DNA of 64,000 nt, from contig NC_087437.1 of NCBI RefSeq assembly GCF_036321535.1, positions 27,468,001 to 27,532,000 of the forward strand, in the 5' to 3' direction. Shown here piece after piece: positions 59,016 to 64,000 of the stretch. The DNA is from Camelus dromedarius (taxonomy: Eukaryota). Positions within the stretch are counted from its first letter, which is position 1. The number at the start of each line of letters is the position of its first letter. Under the pieces are notes generated by a model. It saw only the letters and a program-made list of their open reading frames with translations. It was not told where the DNA came from and made no database searches. The translations under genes and the position numbers were made by a program.

Positions 59016-61372
59016 GTTTAACTGCGTGAAAGGCTCTTCAAGAAGTTCTGTTCAATTCTGTGTATGCTTTTTTAATTCAGATTTGTCTGTTCTTTTAGAG
59101 GAAAGATTTTTATTCGTCCATTGTAATACCTAGTTGTTTTCTTTTCTTTCTTCTTCTTCTTCTTTTTTTTTTGTAAAGCACCCAAGGTGTGTTTTTCGTC
59201 ATGATTTTAAAGAACATCAGTTTTTGGTGCCTTGAATGGTGTTATGAGTTAAAGATAGCAGGTGTTTACGCAGGATTTCTTTAGCACACATACCGATACT
59301 CATCAGCCTTTCAAAGTTATAATTTAAAATATTGTTGCATTTTGGATCCTGCTGAGATACCTATTAACAAACAAAAAAGATGTGATTTAACAGAGTCTGG
59401 TAAAGTGTATGTTTTATTTATCTTCATTCTTTTTTGTTTATTTTAGAAAAATCTGGAAATAGAGGAAAATCACTGTGCAGAGAATTACTGTGAATGTTTT
59501 TGGTACATGAGTTTAAAAATTCTTCTATGAGTATATACACCCACTTAAAGTATTATTATGTTAGGCATACTGTTTTATAGTTTGTATGTTTTATTCCAAA
59601 ATATATTGGATCTGTTTTCTGTAAGTTATGAGAATAAACCTGGAATGTGCACTTGTCAATTTGGCCCCAGCAGCATAAAGAATTGAGACAGATATTTAGT
59701 AACTAATAGATTGTAGGTAAGGGGACCGTCCAGTGTACTTTTACATTGTTTGGGTAAATGTTCATTCTGTCTGGGGGAGTAACTGTTGACTGAGTGTCTG
59801 AGTGGAGCCTGGCCTGGTAAGGGTCTAACAAAAAGTCACTGTCTCTTGCACCCCACCAGTCAGCTGTGTTAGGTTATGTTTCTTGTATAAGGGTAGCTTT
59901 TATATAAGAGAAAATGAGCTCAGGTTCCAAGCATATTTTCCGGAGTTCTAAGTCCATTGGTCCAAAGTTGATTTGTAAGTGCAAAGTCATTGCCTGGTCA
60001 GTTAGGGTCTGGTTTTCTCTGTTGCTTCATTGGCCTGGTCAGTGCTTTGGTTTTATCTGTTTTTCTCCTAATAATTCTTAGTTATCCAGGTAGTAAAGAA
60101 AAAAGTCAGAAGAAACCTCTCCAGAACCTAAAATGCATCCCTTTTGGTATTTACTCTTCAAAAGGAAAATCTCTCAAAAGACTAAGTGAGAACTGTCAAG
60201 CTGGAGGGGATTTAGGGAGGGTCTAGGGAACTTTTGAAAACAACAGTGTAAGGACACTTAAAGATGATAGTAGCAGTTTGTTTCAGATACTCTGATGTTC
60301 TTCCAAATTATTATTATTTTGTAAAAGCATGATTTTTACATATATTCACTTATAAATTGGAGGAAAAAATCCAAATCTTTCTCAAATTTCGTATTTGATT
60401 TTGGTTAAGAACCATTGTTAACTTCCATCAAAATAGTGTTTGGACATGCTCTGTCTCTTAAGATTTGTGTGCATGGTTATTGGATAGGACTCAGTGAAAA
60501 ATACACTTCAGAAAAGACATGCTTACAGACAGGTAAGTGAGCATGCATGATCAGGTTTTATGTTCACTGAGGGATGGAGAGGGTGAGATAGGAATTTGGT
60601 GAGATGCAATTGGCTATCAACTGAGTGGTGACTGATTTTAACACGGTATGAAGGAATACTGGAATAAAAGGGTTTTGGTAAGGTTTCTTTTACACACTTG
60701 ATCTTAGCCAAAATGTCGAGAAGCAATGGTAAGGTTTCTTTTTTTTCTTTGTTTAGGTAAACATTTATATGTGTACTTCCTGTTCACTTGGGGATATGCA
60801 GAGAATTAAGAAATACCTTCAGCTTCTCTTAAAAATCTACTATAGCCACAGTTAAATTGCCAAATATAAGTCTAGTCCTCAGTGTCCTAGTTCCTTTTTT
60901 GGAATAGCAAGAAACCAGTCTTTTAAAAGTGAAACTGAACCATGTTCTTCCTTTTGAGAATGAGCTAGAGGCAACCTGGTGTTTTATGGAAGTTTATTAT
61001 TCACAGCGGAAACATGCCTTTTTTTTGGACTGCTGCGTCTGCTTTTGTTTTTGTTTTTAACACGAGTTCCACTTGAATTTCCATAAGTCACTTCTTTCTG
61101 TTTCATTAAGGATAAGTGTTTTTCAGAGTACATTTTCTTAGTATTCTAGGAAATTGTGCATCATCACTAACCCAGTATTTCAAAAACCTCAGTCGGAAGA
61201 AGTGAGGGAAAGTTGTTTTCCCCCTTACTTTGGTCATGGCAATACTTTTTATTTAAGAAATGACATATTATTCACTTCAATGGATATTTTAAATGTTTAC
61301 ACATTGAAACTAAATCGTCTCATGAACTGAGAAAGTCTTTTTATAGTCAATCCCTTATCCATACAAATCATG

Positions 61373-61822
61373 TTTTTTTATTTAATTTTTTTTCTGTGTT
61401 TCAATAAAACTTTATTCACAAAAAGCAGGCAATGGATGAACTTAGCCTACAGCCCGAATTCTTTCAGTTGCCAAACCAGTCAATTAATCTACAACAAAGG
61501 AGGCAAGAATACACAATGGAGAAAAGGCAGTCTCTTCAAGTGTGCTGGGAAAACTAGACAGCTACCCATAAAATAGAAGGATATTTTGCCATTTGTGGCC
61601 CTTTATTCACTTTTTTTGCCATTTCAAAAACCAGAATTTTATAACTGACATAAACATTTCCATTGCATCAAAAACAACAAAATACCTAGAAACAAACTTA
61701 GCCATGGAGGTTACCTATACTGTGAAAACTGTAAAACATTGATGAAGGAAATTGAAGATGATACAAAGTGGAAAGATACCTTGTGCTCTTGGATTGGAAG
61801 AATCAACATTATCCAAATGGCC
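61373..61822. mobile_element. Composite retro-insertion: poly(A), MER58-like fragment and two L1 ORF2 fragments
   Basis: Direct repeats ACAAATCATG(T/C)TTTT start at 61363 and 61823; T-tract 61373-61393; L1 ORF2-like QLIYNKGGKNTQWRKGSLF at about 61478-61575 and an [14 protein letters not shown]...[13 protein letters not shown] piece at about 61655-61822. Confidence 0.7.
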
Positions 61823-64000
61823 ACAAATCATGCTTTTGAGTTTATTGAACACAAATACCAAACAACAGTATTTCAGTAGAAATATCACTTTTAATGTGTA
61901 ACAGTCTTAAAATTTGCTTTTAAAGCATAACATGGTAGCCCTCTGGAACTAATGGGGAGGGGGAAGAAGATGAGTGTTGGGGTAGGAAGCCACTGCCAAG
62001 CCAGAAATATGGGGCCGAGAACTTATTTTCTTAAAAGAATCCATGAGCTGGAGGAGCCTTGTCTCGTTACAGATGGTGAAACTAAGGCCTGGGGGAATTA
62101 AGGCCTCGCCCGAGCTGCACATTTAGACCCCAGTGTGCCAGCACTCAATTATGTTTCTTAAAATGAAAATGTTGGAGGGAAACTGTGGTTAGAAAGGAGG
62201 CCAGCAGGTCAGCCCAGGCTCTCCCCTTGCCCCCTGCAGCACACTGGTTTGCAAACAGTTTAGGGTCTGCAACTGTTTGAATTTGAATACCACCGTGACC
62301 ACTGTTCTCATGGAGTTCGCAACTCGGGGTGCTCACAGTTTGCGTCCTGGTGTTTTTTATGATCTTTGGGCAGGGGCCGGGCTCTGGTTAATGAAGGCTG
62401 GTGAGCGGTGTTTCTCCAGCAGCTTGTGGGCTCCAAGTCAGCCTTCTCCCCGGAGCTGCTGTTTTAGGTTCGTGGTTTGAAAGTTTTTTAAGGCGCGTAA
62501 TCCCCTTTCCCACCTGGATTGGTCCAAAGACATTTTTTCCATCGGTAGCTTCAAATCTGAGAGTGACAGACATGATTAGACAGAGTTGTTTTAAAGTGAG
62601 GTGTAGATAGCTTCCCAGAGGTTGCTGTTTTCCCTTTTTAATGAAATAGTAGAATTTTGGAAATATTTTGAAGGCAGAGGTGTTTTGCACATTCTTGGAA
62701 TGTGAAGTCGGTTGTAAGGGTGGCTGAGTCTATGCCCTGTCACTCCCCTGGCCAGTCCTTTTGGTTTTTTGCCTTTTTGTTGACTCTGCAGTGTTACCAG
62801 GTCAGCATACAGCCCATCTCACCTTTCAGCTGGGAGGTGTGACTGTCCTGTTTGATGCTTGCTTATAAAACAATAGCGGGGAAGTCTCTGAAAAAGAACT
62901 TTTAAAGGTTATCTTGTTTCTTCTTAGTCACTGAAGTTCATTTCCCCCCACCCCCCTTGAGTGGTTATGGTCTTTTCTTATGAAGTCTGAGTAACACGTT
63001 TTCAAAGCGCAGGACACATTTTATGAACTCTGTTGTTACCTTCCAGGAGAAGGCTTTTGCAGAGACTCTCCCTTGCCTTTGCTTGTGTTTTGGTCAAGTG
63101 GATAAGAAAATTCTAGCAACATATGTTTCTTGACTTTGTAGGCTGCGTTCCGGGCTCCCATCCTAGACGGCATTTTTGTTGCCGTTAGCAGGTTACAGCG
63201 TAGAAGGGGTGATAAGGAGAATGTAGGTGGGCCCTGGCCTGTCAGAGCCCTTAAGGGTCCAGGAAGTGCAGTCTTCTGACGGAGGTGGTGAGAGCTGCTT
63301 CTGAGAAGTGAGGGGAGTGGCGGTGCCCTTGGGGGAAGAGGCACGTGACTGGGCTGTGGGGAGGGTGTTTGGGGACTCCGTCAGTCTGGGTGCGTGGAGC
63401 GTGTGAGCAGGGCCTGTGTGAGGAAAGGCTGGGACCAGATCTCAGATCCATCTGGCCAGTCTTGGGTGCTTCAGTTAGAAGCAGTGGAGAGCTCAGGGAA
63501 GTTGTGCGAGGAGAGGCCCTGCCAGTTCCTCAGTACTGAGTGAGTCTGCAGGCGTCAGAGTGTGTTGGCTTGGGGGAGAAAGGGGAAGACAAGAAGCCAG
63601 TTAGGGGATGATCGCAATCATTTTAGGCGAGAGGCAGTAAGGATCTGAAATGGGCTGGGGGAAGAGAAGGGCGGTTGGGAACCGCGGCAGAGGTGAAATC
63701 TCTGTGCTGCAGTGTGGGGCTGGCCGGGGAGCAGACTGTGGTCTCATTCCTGGAAAGGGACCCTGCGGAAAGAATCTGGTTTGGCAGGAAGAGAGGCGAG
63801 TTTGGTGTTACTGGCTTCCTGTGCCTTTAGTGCTGCCTCGCTGTTTGATATAGGTTAGATTGCTTTTTATTTTGTCCCTTTCGTCTTGCTACCACAAAAG
63901 GAGAGCCGGCAGCTTCCTTTTACGAGTTGAAACTGACACTACGGAAGGTGGCTGGCGAAATGGTACAAATCCGGCCCTGGTCACATCAGCTGAGGCCCCG

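Noticed and set aside
59020..64000. P2RY14 or other receptor genes of the cluster, or further MED12L exons
   Set aside because: No 7TM ORF or MED12-like peptide seen here; they should lie beyond the window.
1..64000. A previously undescribed multi-gene system
   Set aside because: All credible coding sequence is explained by MED12L and GPR171; the remaining ORFs are chance frames in introns and repeats.

Overview
Mammalian genomic DNA, most likely a camelid, judged from a tRNA-Ala-derived SINE with an AACCTAATTA-C-rich/poly(A) tail and artiodactyl-type L1 3' ends. The + strand carries 12 consecutive internal coding exons of MED12L (1488-49322, 1854 nt = 618 codons, all GT-AG with consistent phases). 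They include the LCEWAV motif and a 105-nt frame-neutral exon. The gene starts before the window and continues after it. The last intron holds the complete GPR171 gene on the - strand (CDS 53515-54477, 320 aa), with a candidate promoter near 58.95 kb and a poly(A) signal at 52856. The rest is intron with L1, L2, MIR, hAT MITEs, ERVL/MaLR LTRs, SINEs and a 33-bp minisatellite. I find no evidence of a new multi-gene system; this is a known locus. The best leads are: a retrocopied mRNA 3' UTR next to a MED12L exon; a TSD-flanked chimeric retro-insertion at 61.4-61.8 kb; a YCAY (NOVA-type) cluster behind the cassette exon; CTCF motifs in divergent orientation; a RUNX/ETS-IRF promoter for GPR171; and a one-codon insertion in GPR171. 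Comparisons with human sequences and repeat consensuses are from memory, not from a search.
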